Positions 10,698 to 21,443 of a stretch of DNA of 64,000 nt are shown here, in pieces. The stretch is taken from the IMG/VR virus record IMGVR_UViG_3300029615_000411, positions 55,874-119,873 of that record; one strand, 5' to 3'. The translations under genes were made by a program, and so were the position numbers. This DNA comes from a virus (taxonomy: Duplodnaviria; Heunggongvirae; Uroviricota; Caudoviricetes). The notes under the pieces are model-generated. The model was not told the origin of the DNA. It ran no database searches and saw nothing but the letters and a program-made list of their open reading frames with translations. Each line of letters opens with the position of its first letter. Within the stretch, counting starts at the first letter, position 1.

Positions 10698-10847
10698 GGG
10701 AATTTCAATATTGTTTATCAAAAAAAACGGCTTCCTTATACGGAAACCGTTTTTTGAAAATTCATTTGCCTCTATCTGTACAAGATAGAAACGACCTTTC
10801 ATTCCACGATTAAAACCGTGGGTTTTCCCAACTTACATTTATAAGCA

Positions 10848-11885
10848 TTAAGCAGCAGACGGAATATCCTTTGCAGCATCGAACAGCAGAGTACCCTCAC
10901 CGTCATAGCTTGCATCGGTCAGAGCCGCGTAGGCGTAGTCGATGAAGTAACCATCGTCACCGTTGTAGGTGGTTTTTACAGACAGCAGGTTTCCATTGTC
11001 ATCGTATGTGTTTTCAAAGGTCTGCTCGAAGTTGCCCATCGTGGCATCCTTACCGGCCTGTTTGGTCACGTTGCCGTTCTCATCGTACTCTGTCGTGACC
11101 TCACTGCCCTTGCCATCATTGTAATAAACGGTCTTATCATCACTCATGCGCTTGTGATATACAACATCCTCTGCCCCGTCTTCGCTGATGGTCTCGACAT
11201 ACAGGTCATCGGCAGCCATTGTATCAAAGTCACGGGTCGTGGTCTGAACGCCGTTGTCGTTTGTGATGACTTCGGTAATGGGCAACTCATGAGTATCGTC
11301 ATAAGTATAGGTGGTGGAGTAGTTCAGATACTGTTCCCCGTCGCTGATGACATAGGACTCCTCGCTCATTTTCCGACCATTGTCATCATAGGTGTACTGA
11401 TATTGGATGATGGCGTTTCCATCCTCGTCATCGCGTTCAATCATGTCGTCATGGTCGTTAAATACCTGTGTATACAGGCGGTTTTGTTCGCCGTTGATAT
11501 AAGAGACAATTTTCACGACATTACCGTTCTCATCCAATTCATTGATGGTAACGGTATCCATATCGTTCGCCTTGTCGATTTCACGCGTAAAAACTTCGTT
11601 GCCGTCCTCGTTGTACTTATGAACAGTGACAACTCCATCTTCATCATCTGCACTGTAATGCATTGTCTCGGTGCTCAGCAGCAGGTTCTCTGCGGCAGTT
11701 GCATCAGCTTCAGTGCTCTCTGCATTTGTTTCCTCCGGTGTAGCTTCCTCGACCACGGAGCTTTCAGCCGTGGCAGTAGAGGTCACCTCAGAAGAGGCAG
11801 CAGGCTCCTTCTTGCCGCAACCAGCAAACATCAGCGCTGCGGCAGTTGCCACAGCAACGGTAGCGGTTAGTTTCTTGTTCTTCAT
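10848..11885 (-). CDS. Acidic lipoprotein with YD/RHS-like repeats
   Basis: Lipobox FAGC; repeated YTYDDNG/EYDENGN units. Confidence 0.8.
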   Translation of the reverse strand: MKNKKLTATVAVATAAALMFAGCGKKEPAASSEVTSTATAESSVVEEATPEETNAESTEADATAAENLLLSTETMHYSADDEDGVVTVHKYNEDGNEVFTREIDKANDMDTVTINELDENGNVVKIVSYINGEQNRLYTQVFNDHDDMIERDDEDGNAIIQYQYTYDDNGRKMSEESYVISDGEQYLNYSTTYTYDDTHELPITEVITNDNGVQTTTRDFDTMAADDLYVETISEDGAEDVVYHKRMSDDKTVYYNDGKGSEVTTEYDENGNVTKQAGKDATMGNFEQTFENTYDDNGNLLSVKTTYNGDDGYFIDYAYAALTDASYDGEGTLLFDAAKDIPSAA

Positions 11886-11985
11886 AAATTTGGGTCCTTT
11901 CTTTGAAAACAAATAATATATTTGTTTGGCAACAAAGCCATAACAACCATGAAAGCACCGCTACGAACAACGATGCTTAGACAGC

Positions 11986-12119
11986 CAAAAAGAAGCTGTT
12001 CACTCCTCCGAAGAGCCTAAAAATCCTTCCCCAAGGTCATAAACAGCTTGATACAGTCACACCTGTCGGTTTTACCTCAGCTTACAATATCAGCATACTA
12101 ACTTTGCAGCAGACCGCAA
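11986..12119 (-). promoter_or_regulatory. Class I promoter with variant leader hairpin
   Basis: TTGCGG-TCTGCTGCAAAGT; AAGCTGTT...AACAGCTT stem followed by T-tract. Confidence 0.6.
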
Positions 12120-12304
12120 GAAGGCTACGGCAAAATTATCGGACAGCTTGTGAATCATAGTCTTGCATGGTATCCGTTGTACAATTCCTATTGTATCCAG
12201 CTCGCACATCCCGGCAAGTATGCGGACGCAAAAAACAGCGGCCACTCCGTTTTGGAGTAGCTGCTGTCGATTAAAATAAAACCAATGTGAAAATTTGGAT
12301 AGCT

Positions 12305-14755
12305 TCAATATTTCTTTGGAGACTTTACAGGCAAATCGAATTTCGGGTAATGCTTTCCGTTGTAAACACTTACAGTGAGAAGCAGGTTGGTGGTGTATTT
12401 TTCGTTCTTCTTGTTTGTCAGTTCAAAAGGTACACCCTTCCCGTCAAGAAGCTGCTTGGCTTTTTCTGCATCGATTTCCAGAATATCAGAGAATCGTTTC
12501 GTCTCTTTCCAGATAGTAAAGCCGCAAGAGGAATTCTCACAGCTAAAGCTATTCGGACGTTCCACCATTTTCTTTCCGCATACGGGACATACTCCAACAC
12601 TTTTGCCGGTGCTGGCTGCTGAATCAAATGTGATTTTCATTTGTGCCTTTTCTCCGGTCAAGTCGAGATACAAAAGGCAGTCATAGGTTTTACCCGTCTT
12701 TTGACTCACACAGCCTTTATCGGATACAGGCTTACCGGAAAACAATGCGATGGCGTCCTTCTTTGAGAATGTCTTCTTTTTACCGTTGATTTTCTCAAGA
12801 ACCTTGCTGTGTTTCCAAACAACAGCAGGGCAGCCTTTATTTGAACAGGAATAGGATTCTTTCCACTCGATAATATTGCCACCGCATTTTGGACATTTAC
12901 AAATGGGGGTGTTTTCGGGGCGAAGATTTTCTACTTCGGCGTTTTTATGTGTAAACATAAGATTCAACTTCTCCATTGCTGTCTTTACACATTCATCAAT
13001 GGTTCTGGTTCCTTTTCTTACATCAAACAGCATCATAGACAAATCCATGACTTCCTTGACAGTAAATGTAAGTCCAAGCTTTTCACAAGCATCAACAAAC
13101 TGATACCCTTTCGTGTCGGGAGAATACGTTCCCTTAGACAGTTTGATATACCCGACATTCCGACACTCTGTTATGGTAGGCGTTCGTGTTGCATCCGTGC
13201 AAATAGTAGCTTCATGCAAAATACGCTTCCATTCTTCATCTGTGTAATCGGTTTTCTCGGAATCATCCTCATTACGCCAAGGTGCATTACACCATGCACC
13301 AAAAGAGGCAACAGTAAACCGTTTTGGCGGTGCAGTCTGCTTTTTGACGGGCTTAAAATCAACAGGAACGGACTCTCCATCATTCAAGGGAGGTACTTCC
13401 TTGTCCTTCTGACCAAACGGTTCATACTGCAGCCAACCCTTTGCGACATTGATGGTTCCGGTAAGCTGGAAATCTTCATCATCGCAACGAATAGTAATAA
13501 CAGTTTTATCTGCCAAACAATCTTCCGAACAGAAAACAGCCAAGAATCGATTACGAATACATTCATAGGTTATTCTCTGTGCCAGGGACAGCTTTGAAAT
13601 ATCAGGGATATTACTGGTAGGAGTCAGAGCAGAGTGTCCGTCAACCTTACTATCATCGTAAATGCTTTTCTTTTTTGGTTTATTGACAAGGTTTTGAAAC
13701 CCAGCACGCTTCAATGCGTTAATGGCAAGGTCTACATCATGTTCATCGCTTGCGGTAAGAAAACTTGAATTCGTTCTGGGATACGTAGTATAGCCGCTTT
13801 GATAAAGTTCTTCCAAAGACGCTTCAATTTCTTTGGGGTCCGTGCCCTTATAATGCGATGAAACAAAAGCCTGCAGTTCTGTTGTGCTGAACAGTCTTCC
13901 GGGATTTACAGTAACACGGTCTTTCTTTACGGATATGACCTTTGCGCCCGCTGCATTATACTTGTTTGCAAGAGCTACAGCATCAGGCGAGGAATCCTTA
14001 TCGAATGTTTTTTTGCTTGTCAGTTCAATATCGTATCCCTTGACATTCGTCTTCGAAACAACAGCAAAGTAGTCCACAGGAACAAAGTTGGTAATTGCGC
14101 GTTCCCTATCGACGATTGCTTTTGTAATGATATACTTGCAGCGTCCCCAAGGCAAAAGAACGCCTGATTTCAAAGACAAGTACCGCGTCCCGTTAATACC
14201 GAACAGCCAGTCTTCATGCGCTCTCGCAAGACCTGCATTATCCCAACCGTCATAATTACTGTCGGGCTCCTTTGCAGAAAGTGCTTTCATGACCGATTCC
14301 GTTGTATAGGAGTTGAGCCAAATACGATAAATCGGTTTATTGCTTTTCAATAATGCACGAACAGCATTGCGAACAATAACCTCTCCTTCTCTATCGGAGT
14401 CTCCACAATGATAGATGGCCGAGACGGATGCATCGTTTGCCAGTTTTTTAATGACTTTGGTTTGCTTTCTTACCGTGGCACACATCGATGCATTTCCCTT
14501 TGGCTGGGACACTTTGTATCGAAAACGAGGAGGACAGAACGGGAGTCCATCCATAGTCCACTTATGTTTTTCGTTCGGGTCATAATTCGGGTCATATTCT
14601 TCCAAATCAAGAAGCGTATACAGATGTCCGGCACACCATGTGATATAGTAGTTTTGGCTTTGAATAAAGCCATCGCTTTTCTTAAAAGACTCCCCTTTAA
14701 TGCAGGAGCCAACTTTTTCGGCAGCGCTTCTTTTTTCTGCAATAATTAAATACAT
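12305..14755 (-). CDS. topB: Type IA DNA topoisomerase (topoisomerase III-like) with C-terminal Zn-ribbon repeats
   Basis: IIAEK, GHL, DSDREGE Toprim, catalytic TYPRT, CPKCGG/CPVCGK repeats. Confidence 0.93.
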   Translation of the reverse strand: MYLIIAEKRSAAEKVGSCIKGESFKKSDGFIQSQNYYITWCAGHLYTLLDLEEYDPNYDPNEKHKWTMDGLPFCPPRFRYKVSQPKGNASMCATVRKQTKVIKKLANDASVSAIYHCGDSDREGEVIVRNAVRALLKSNKPIYRIWLNSYTTESVMKALSAKEPDSNYDGWDNAGLARAHEDWLFGINGTRYLSLKSGVLLPWGRCKYIITKAIVDRERAITNFVPVDYFAVVSKTNVKGYDIELTSKKTFDKDSSPDAVALANKYNAAGAKVISVKKDRVTVNPGRLFSTTELQAFVSSHYKGTDPKEIEASLEELYQSGYTTYPRTNSSFLTASDEHDVDLAINALKRAGFQNLVNKPKKKSIYDDSKVDGHSALTPTSNIPDISKLSLAQRITYECIRNRFLAVFCSEDCLADKTVITIRCDDEDFQLTGTINVAKGWLQYEPFGQKDKEVPPLNDGESVPVDFKPVKKQTAPPKRFTVASFGAWCNAPWRNEDDSEKTDYTDEEWKRILHEATICTDATRTPTITECRNVGYIKLSKGTYSPDTKGYQFVDACEKLGLTFTVKEVMDLSMMLFDVRKGTRTIDECVKTAMEKLNLMFTHKNAEVENLRPENTPICKCPKCGGNIIEWKESYSCSNKGCPAVVWKHSKVLEKINGKKKTFSKKDAIALFSGKPVSDKGCVSQKTGKTYDCLLYLDLTGEKAQMKITFDSAASTGKSVGVCPVCGKKMVERPNSFSCENSSCGFTIWKETKRFSDILEIDAEKAKQLLDGKGVPFELTNKKNEKYTTNLLLTVSVYNGKHYPKFDLPVKSPKKY

Positions 14756-14767
14756 AGAAATTCTCCA

Positions 14768-15061
14768 TTACATTTTGGGCAATACAGTGGGCGGTTCATC
14801 AGGAACAAGATACCCAAAGTAGTCATTTTCTCCTGAGTAGCAATCATATCCCAGATAATCTAAAAACTTTTTGCGAGGAATGAGAATAACATCTCCGATT
14901 TTGATTACAGGAAACGGTACAGAATTTACATCATTTTTTACCTGAGTCCGAAAAGCATTTTTTGTCACACCCAATGCTTTTGCAATGTCGGAGACTGTCA
15001 GAAAAACACGAGTATCTTTCTGAATGTCATGTACTCGATAAACATCTTTGTTATTAGCCAT
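14768..15061 (-). CDS. Excisionase-like HTH DNA-binding protein
   Basis: LTVSDIAKALGVT...FPVIKIG..ILIPRKKF pattern. Confidence 0.7.
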   Translation of the reverse strand: MANNKDVYRVHDIQKDTRVFLTVSDIAKALGVTKNAFRTQVKNDVNSVPFPVIKIGDVILIPRKKFLDYLGYDCYSGENDYFGYLVPDEPPTVLPKM

Positions 15062-15114
15062 AAAATACCTCATAATACAGAATAAAAAATCCCGTACAGA
15101 TGTACGGGAAAAAC

Positions 15115-16053
15115 TCATTTATTTTTTGCCAGTTCATTTACATTATGAACGAACGCCTTTACAGCTTCCATTTCATCAGTGTAAATCTTTGTATTTGCCA
15201 TTTTCCCGTTCTCATAATTAAAGATAAACCATTCACTTTGACTATGCAGCGAGCATACAGCACCTTCTTTTTTTTCGTTGACAGCATAAAGAGCTTCTGA
15301 TACACCGGCGCTTTTTAATGCTTGTACAGCTAAGTCGAACGGCGGAAGAGCATCGCTTACCTTTTCAGAAACCTTCTTTGGAGCAACAGAAACTTTAGGA
15401 AGAATGGGAGGCGGCGGGACAATGGGTTCTGGCTTGGGTTCCGCTGCGACAGGGGTCTTTGTTGTAACGGTTGAAATGGATTTGGCTTTGAAGACGGGCA
15501 CAGAAATTGGTGGCAGGCTTTCCACGGGAGCAGGCTCCGAAGGAACGGTCACATGAGCCACTTCGGATGCAGAATGCGTTTGGATTTCCTGCTTTTCTGG
15601 TTCCTTGACACCCTCTCCGATTTTTTTAACATCAAGAGTCGGGGAAATAATCTGTTGTTGTTTTTTCTGTCTGTCTTCTTCTTCTAACTTGTCTTTTACA
15701 TCACTTGGAACAAGAATTTCACTTTTCTGTTCTTCTTCCCCCTGATATTCCTCAAAGAGTTTTTCATACTCACTTTGATTTGCTCGTATGTAATCCATAA
15801 ATGTTGGGACATGAGTTCCATTTGTAAATTCTTTTTCCCGCTTATAAAGCCTATAAGCAATCAAGGCGCACAAAAAGGACGCAATCGCAAACAAGCAATA
15901 CAATACATTAACGAACTCATAATGACCAGCGTCAAGAATAAAGCTTGGCAGCAAATCATACTGATTCCCGATAAAGCAAAATCCCGACAAAGCAATGCAG
16001 ACCATGGTTGCAATGATAAGTCCACCAATCATATGCCACGCACTATCTCTCAC
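15115..16053 (-). CDS. Membrane protein with Pro-rich linker
   Basis: Two N-terminal hydrophobic segments; Pro-rich middle. Confidence 0.7.
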   Translation of the reverse strand: MRDSAWHMIGGLIIATMVCIALSGFCFIGNQYDLLPSFILDAGHYEFVNVLYCLFAIASFLCALIAYRLYKREKEFTNGTHVPTFMDYIRANQSEYEKLFEEYQGEEEQKSEILVPSDVKDKLEEEDRQKKQQQIISPTLDVKKIGEGVKEPEKQEIQTHSASEVAHVTVPSEPAPVESLPPISVPVFKAKSISTVTTKTPVAAEPKPEPIVPPPPILPKVSVAPKKVSEKVSDALPPFDLAVQALKSAGVSEALYAVNEKKEGAVCSLHSQSEWFIFNYENGKMANTKIYTDEMEAVKAFVHNVNELAKNK

Positions 16054-16095
16054 ACAAAGATAAGTGCGGAATCACTTCCTTCCTTACTCAAATTC

Positions 16096-17250
16096 TCACC
16101 ATTCAGGGTTGAATGCGGTTAAATCTGTGAACAGTGAGTTAGTAGAATTGATTTTTGCGATTTTCCAAGAACCATTCGTATAAGTCATCGTCACAGCAGC
16201 GCATCGATGGCATTCGCCGGATGATAAGACTGCATTATAACGAATATTCATAGTGATGGAATCACTGCTGGAAAAGTGGTAAATGTAAGCATCAGGATAT
16301 CCTGCCACAGATTCGGCGCTCAATACCTCGATACGAGATACGGCGTTTGCTTCATTTGCAATAGCAGCTTGCTTATCATCTCCGTCTACATCGAAGATGG
16401 CAGATACTGCATTGGAATCAAGCAAATATGCGCTGTAAGAATCTCTATCAGCACCCGTACGCATCATATCAAATACGCTGTTCGCACAGTCCACAAAATA
16501 CTGATTGATTTCCTTCTTCTGGTCTTCTGTGAACACAGCCATAGCAATCGGCAATGCTGAGCCATAAGAAGATGTGCTTGCGTTGATGATTTTACCAGAA
16601 TACTTACCGATACTTGTATTCAACACGCAGTCAGGAGAACTGTCCGTCTCAATAACTCTCGGAAGATTGAACGCGTATCCATAATTGCTGTCACTGGCGG
16701 CGTATGTCGACATATCGACATCATTGATACTTACGGAGCTGACAGGCGCATAAAAGGTATAGTCGGTAGAAAGTCCGGTCGGAGGGGTGATATTCCACTC
16801 CTTACCGTCAAAATCGCTTTTGTATTCAACGAAGTTACTCTTATCTTCATTGGGCTCTTCAAAGAACACATTGATTGTTGCGACTTTTCCGTCTTTGCTG
16901 GACTGGATTTTAATATCATGCAAATCCTCCGTCTGCAAGGATTCATAGTTATTACTGACAATCCAGCCATCAAGAGTATCGCCAAAGATGTTTACTGAGC
17001 CAAGCGCTGTTGCGATTTTTGCGGCATCCTTCGCCTGAATGCCGGAAACGAAATTGGCCAACGGCTTTTCGTAATCCGTAAGGTTCGGGCTGTCCAGACG
17101 CTTCATTCCGGTTGTCTGTTCTTCCTGTGTAACAGCAGCAAGGCTTGCAGCTTCGATTTCTTCCGGTGTTTGTTCTCTGCTGCATCCCGCAAAAACGGAA
17201 CCCGCGATAGCAAGAGAAAGACAAACACACAAAGCTTTCTTCATGTGCAT
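16096..17250 (-). CDS. Lipoprotein
   Basis: Signal peptide with lipobox FAGC; AGGAG RBS. Confidence 0.8.
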   Translation of the reverse strand: MHMKKALCVCLSLAIAGSVFAGCSREQTPEEIEAASLAAVTQEEQTTGMKRLDSPNLTDYEKPLANFVSGIQAKDAAKIATALGSVNIFGDTLDGWIVSNNYESLQTEDLHDIKIQSSKDGKVATINVFFEEPNEDKSNFVEYKSDFDGKEWNITPPTGLSTDYTFYAPVSSVSINDVDMSTYAASDSNYGYAFNLPRVIETDSSPDCVLNTSIGKYSGKIINASTSSYGSALPIAMAVFTEDQKKEINQYFVDCANSVFDMMRTGADRDSYSAYLLDSNAVSAIFDVDGDDKQAAIANEANAVSRIEVLSAESVAGYPDAYIYHFSSSDSITMNIRYNAVLSSGECHRCAAVTMTYTNGSWKIAKINSTNSLFTDLTAFNPEW

Positions 17251-17391
17251 AATAAAACTCCTTTGCATTGTGGCACGAAAGTGCGCCATACTTACCGAAT
17301 ACTTATATTATACCAGAAAACGGCGTATTAGTCAATCAAAATAGAACGCAACAAAAAGAAATAGCGGTCTGACAACAGACCGCTATACACC

Positions 17392-18336
17392 TTAGGTTTT
17401 CACCAAGGTTGAATAAATCTCGATATTTTTCAAAACGTTGTAATAAGCCTTCCAAGGTTCTTCCTTGCCCTGTTTAACATCTTGGTAATTGCCAAGCCCC
17501 TCCTGATACGCTAACAGGATATCGTTTTCAGACAATCCCATGCTTTTATAATGCGCTAACAAAGCGCAGCAAGCGCGGATTCCGGTCTGCATATCAAGAA
17601 CATCATACATGGAAGAAATTCCAAGCACTGAATTCAGATAAGAAAATGTCGTGTCATTGCACTGAGCAATTCCCCAATCCATAGTGCCATTCGTATTGAC
17701 ATTTGTGGCTGTAGGGGCGAATCGGGACTCGTTATAGCAGATGCCTATAGCCATCGCCTCACTTACGCCAAATTCCTCGGCCGCATCAGAAAAATATTCT
17801 TTTTGGGTATCCGAAAGATTCATGTACTTCTTGTATTGCGAAGTATCCTCATAAATCGATACGACGTCTTGACTGTCAGTGATTTCAGAAGATTCCTGAA
17901 CATCATCTGTTTCCTGTATCTCATCCGATACGGGTTCACTGGTATCATCCCCCTGACTCGATACAGTGGCAGTATCTTCTTTTTTCTGTTCTTCGCCTTC
18001 CTCAAAGTTCGTTTGCAAAACAACATTGTCAGAAACGATTTCCTGCACACATGAGGAATCATCAGTGGGGACTACATCATAAGTTTCTTCATTTCCATCT
18101 TGATTTGCAACTTTGATGACAAGTTTGACAGGTTCTGCTACTTTAATTGTGATTTTCGTTTGTGGGGTGTCTTGTTCAGCAGCGAATGCCACAACAGTAT
18201 TGGTTATACATACAGCCAACGAAAAAAGAATCAAAGTGATAATCCGCCGTTTCCGACGAAGCTTTTTTCTCCTTTTTTCACGCTTTTCAAGAAGTTGAAT
18301 AAATTCTTGACGTGTCATATTAGATATATTCGCCAT
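17392..18336 (-). CDS. Membrane-anchored lytic transglycosylase (SLT domain)
   Basis: NESRF catalytic motif, GIAQ, AY..G; N-terminal basic stretch plus TM helix. Confidence 0.85.
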   Translation of the reverse strand: MANISNMTRQEFIQLLEKREKRRKKLRRKRRIITLILFSLAVCITNTVVAFAAEQDTPQTKITIKVAEPVKLVIKVANQDGNEETYDVVPTDDSSCVQEIVSDNVVLQTNFEEGEEQKKEDTATVSSQGDDTSEPVSDEIQETDDVQESSEITDSQDVVSIYEDTSQYKKYMNLSDTQKEYFSDAAEEFGVSEAMAIGICYNESRFAPTATNVNTNGTMDWGIAQCNDTTFSYLNSVLGISSMYDVLDMQTGIRACCALLAHYKSMGLSENDILLAYQEGLGNYQDVKQGKEEPWKAYYNVLKNIEIYSTLVKT

Positions 18337-18500
18337 GATTTATATTCTCCTAACACTTTTTGTAATACCTCCTATGTTGTCTATATAGTTGTTATTATAC
18401 AACATAAAAGTGTAAATTGCATTAACTTTTTTATGACTTGATTTTATGTACAAAAAAACTGCTGCCCCGAAGGACAGCAGCGGTGGTTCCAAGTGTTTCG

Positions 18501-18839
18501 TTAGAAGCGCTTGGTAATTCGCTTGCACACCTTATTCATCCCCACAATGAACAAGATAGAAGCGATGAGGCCGAAGGCATGGTCCAGAATATTCCCTCGC
18601 GTTGCGAAGAAATTATAGACGGCCACGACACCAGCGATGCCCTGAGAAACACGGCACACCTTGTAGGCGATGCAGCAGTATTCGGGGTCGAGGTTGTCAA
18701 CGGCGGCAACCACCTTGGTTTTCGCGGAGGCAAGGAGGTCGGCGATGGAGATGTATCGCACACCAAGCAGATGAGCGACCTTCTTCCAAACAAAACCGTA
18801 CCAGAAAGCCAAAGAAAGGATATTGAAAATTGCGTTCAT
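18501..18839 (-). CDS. Membrane protein
   Basis: GGAGG RBS; three hydrophobic segments. Confidence 0.7.
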   Translation of the reverse strand: MNAIFNILSLAFWYGFVWKKVAHLLGVRYISIADLLASAKTKVVAAVDNLDPEYCCIAYKVCRVSQGIAGVVAVYNFFATRGNILDHAFGLIASILFIVGMNKVCKRITKRF

Positions 18840-18924
18840 AGAAGTACCTCCTTAGATACTATTCGATTTGTGGTAAGAAACGGACGGATTATCATAGCCA
18901 TCAAGGTCTAACTTCATTTATAAA

Positions 18925-19102
18925 AACAAAAACAGCCGCTCATCTTCTTGCGAAGATAGCGACTGTAGTCGATTTCTATAAACGAAAACATCCAACGCTA
19001 TCATTACAAGCTTTTGGGGAAAGCTCGAAATGATAAAGTAAGGTGTCTAAGACTTTGATTTATATGATACTTATAGGATATTAACTTTGCAGCAAAACGC
19101 AA
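18925..19102 (-). promoter_or_regulatory. Class I promoter-leader-terminator cassette
   Basis: TTGCGT-TTTGCTGCAAAGT; hairpin 18932-18966 plus TTTTTGT. Confidence 0.75.
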
Positions 19103-19151
19103 TACTTTTTTACAAAAAAATCCGCCACTCAAAAGAGCGGCGGACATTGAC

Positions 19152-19400
19152 TTATGCAGCCTTACTGGTCGCAACAATCTGCTGCAAGCAGAAAAGCTGA
19201 ATCTGTGCCAGCGTAGCATTCGGGAAAAGAATCTTTCCGGACTCTTCAACTCCCTTTGCGTTGCCAAGCATCAGATTATCAAAATCTTCTGAGCTGCATC
19301 CAATGACAGAGATAGCCTCTTTACGGTCAACACATTTGCCGTCAATCATCAGCATACCCATGCCATCGAATGTATAGCCTACACTTCCGATATTTACCAT
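19152..19400 (-). CDS. Hypothetical protein
   Basis: AAAGGA RBS before MVNIG. Confidence 0.65.
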   Translation of the reverse strand: MVNIGSVGYTFDGMGMLMIDGKCVDRKEAISVIGCSSEDFDNLMLGNAKGVEESGKILFPNATLAQIQLFCLQQIVATSKAA

Positions 19401-19460
19401 GTGTTTCCTTTCTCGCAAAGTCGCCATCCCTATTATAAAGAAGTGGCAGAGATTGCTTTT

Positions 19461-21236
19461 TTAGCGGGTTTTCTTGATGGTGATACCAACATTGATATTC
19501 ACCGGTGCTGCCTGCGCAGAAACTGCGGGCACAGCCAAAACCAGCGGAGTGTTCGTATCGCAAACACGAATCTCGAAACGGTCAGTGCGGTTCCGGTTGA
19601 TAGGCTCAACGAGGCGGCTGACGTCCTGAACGAAGCCGTTCGAGAAACGGTCGGCAATGAAGTAAGCGCCAAGAACGCGTTTGCCATTGCTTTCCATCAT
19701 CAACATGGACGAAATCAGAGGCATCGCATCGCGCAGAGAAGGACCGCTCTTAGTCTCGTTTGCCTTGCACATCAGAAGGTAATAACCGATACTGTTGTCA
19801 GGCAGAACGACCTCAATGATAGCGGGAGCCTTCGTGCCGGTGCTGCTGCCGACAGAGTAGTTGCGGACAAAACGCAGACCACAGCTGCTGCAACGCTTGG
19901 CATACATCGCATACATATCGCGCAAAGTGCCTGCGTCTGTCTTGCAGGCGGGCAGAATGCTGTTTGCCTTAATGTCGCTGATGATAAGACTCCAAGTCTT
20001 ATCGCTCTTATCAAGGCTGCTCTTATCTGCGGTTACCCGGAACTTATCCTTGGGCGCATTCAGAATAATGAGTTCACCGATAAGATGGTTCATGGACGGG
20101 TGACGCTTACGACCTGTAATCTCCTCAATCAGGTTCGAGGCAATAGACTGGCCGTGAGCAATCACATCAAAACCGGAGTTGTTCATGGAACCATCCCAGT
20201 ACCCATAAAGAGGTGCGACGCCCATAAAACCAAAGTGGTCGATGTAATTGTGGTCAACGGTTCCGAACTTGTAGATGTACTTTACAGAGTCGTTGCCGCA
20301 CACAACAGTGCCGGAATAGTTTGCCTTCTGCGCAGAGGTGGCAGCAATGGCCGCATCCATATCAAATGCCTTGATAGGACGGTTCCATTTCGTCTTATCA
20401 TCTTCAAGGGAAAGGTCGAGTCGGCTGCTGGTCTTGTGGAACTCCAAGTCCTGAACATAGATGTATGCCATCGGGTTGGGGCCACAAATTTTCTCGCGAT
20501 ACACGACAGAGATGTGCTGTGCAAATGCAAGACGAATGGTCTGAGGGTCAATCGCTCTAGTCTCGCGATTATAGCCCTTCTGATTCGGCAGCATATCGCG
20601 GATGGTCTCCTCATCGACGTATACACGAACAATGGTGTTTGGCGTTCCGTACTTTTTGTTTTTCAGACTTTCAGGCAGGAAATCCTCCATCTTGCACGGC
20701 TCAATGTAGGTGTATGCCTGATGCGTGACAGGGTCGTCCTGCAAGCCTCCGTTGACGCAATAGGCGTCGTTGGAGAGATGGCTCTGAGATGCAACGAAAA
20801 ACGGATGCGTACCACGGGTCAGTGTAAAGATTGCGGTGCTGCCAAATCCAGCGATATGACCTTCACCTTCCCCGCTCTCGCCACCAACGCAGAAGTAGTT
20901 CGAAAAAAGCTCCTTCTTTGTCATACCGCAAGTGTTATAGTCAACAACGGCAAGTTCCCACAGTCTGAAAGTAGTGGAGTAGTCGGCGACAACGCGGATG
21001 ATGGGAACGGTCTTGTCATCTCGGCGAGCCTCAATCGAGTTCGTAATAAACTCATCGAGCTTCTTCATTGTAAAGCAGTTGGTTCTACCCATGCTGTAAA
21101 GTCCCTTTGAGGTCGTGGAGATAGGAAGAATCTCGCGTTTGCTGTTGATGGAGAAGTTGGGTGTAGCGTTGGTCGCAACGGAAGCAGAGGTGGACTTGAC
21201 ATTCTTCGTCTTGATGCTCTTGATTTTCTTGCTCAT
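19461..21236 (-). CDS. GHKL (MORC/Hsp90-like) ATPase-domain protein
   Basis: LDEFITNSIEA, VD..CGM, G.G..GFG Bergerat-fold motifs; GEL.I...T.DK segment. Confidence 0.75.
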   Translation of the reverse strand: MSKKIKSIKTKNVKSTSASVATNATPNFSINSKREILPISTTSKGLYSMGRTNCFTMKKLDEFITNSIEARRDDKTVPIIRVVADYSTTFRLWELAVVDYNTCGMTKKELFSNYFCVGGESGEGEGHIAGFGSTAIFTLTRGTHPFFVASQSHLSNDAYCVNGGLQDDPVTHQAYTYIEPCKMEDFLPESLKNKKYGTPNTIVRVYVDEETIRDMLPNQKGYNRETRAIDPQTIRLAFAQHISVVYREKICGPNPMAYIYVQDLEFHKTSSRLDLSLEDDKTKWNRPIKAFDMDAAIAATSAQKANYSGTVVCGNDSVKYIYKFGTVDHNYIDHFGFMGVAPLYGYWDGSMNNSGFDVIAHGQSIASNLIEEITGRKRHPSMNHLIGELIILNAPKDKFRVTADKSSLDKSDKTWSLIISDIKANSILPACKTDAGTLRDMYAMYAKRCSSCGLRFVRNYSVGSSTGTKAPAIIEVVLPDNSIGYYLLMCKANETKSGPSLRDAMPLISSMLMMESNGKRVLGAYFIADRFSNGFVQDVSRLVEPINRNRTDRFEIRVCDTNTPLVLAVPAVSAQAAPVNINVGITIKKTR

Positions 21237-21292
21237 TCTTTTTTCCTCACTTTTTATTTAATGGAGGCTCGTTGCTTTAGCAACAAACCATA

Positions 21293-21424
21293 AACAAAAA
21301 AAGCGGCTACCACTCAAAGAGCGATAGCCGTTTTCACGTATTAAGACAAATTTTGAAGCATTATGAATGCTGTGTTTTATTTATCTTAATACATATAGTG
21401 TATTTACTTTGCAGCAAATAACAA
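21293..21424 (-). promoter_or_regulatory. Class I promoter-leader-terminator cassette
   Basis: TTGTTA-TTTGCTGCAAAGT-AAA-TACACT; hairpin CGGCTA/TAGCCG plus T-tract. Confidence 0.75.
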
Positions 21425-21443
21425 GAGGTGTTTTGCGAAAGAT

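Noticed and set aside
19401..21110. 569-aa plus-strand ORF (also 28793-30259, 4816-5758, 51826-53499, 11154-11870)
   Set aside because: Antisense shadows of well-supported minus-strand genes; no motifs or RBS.
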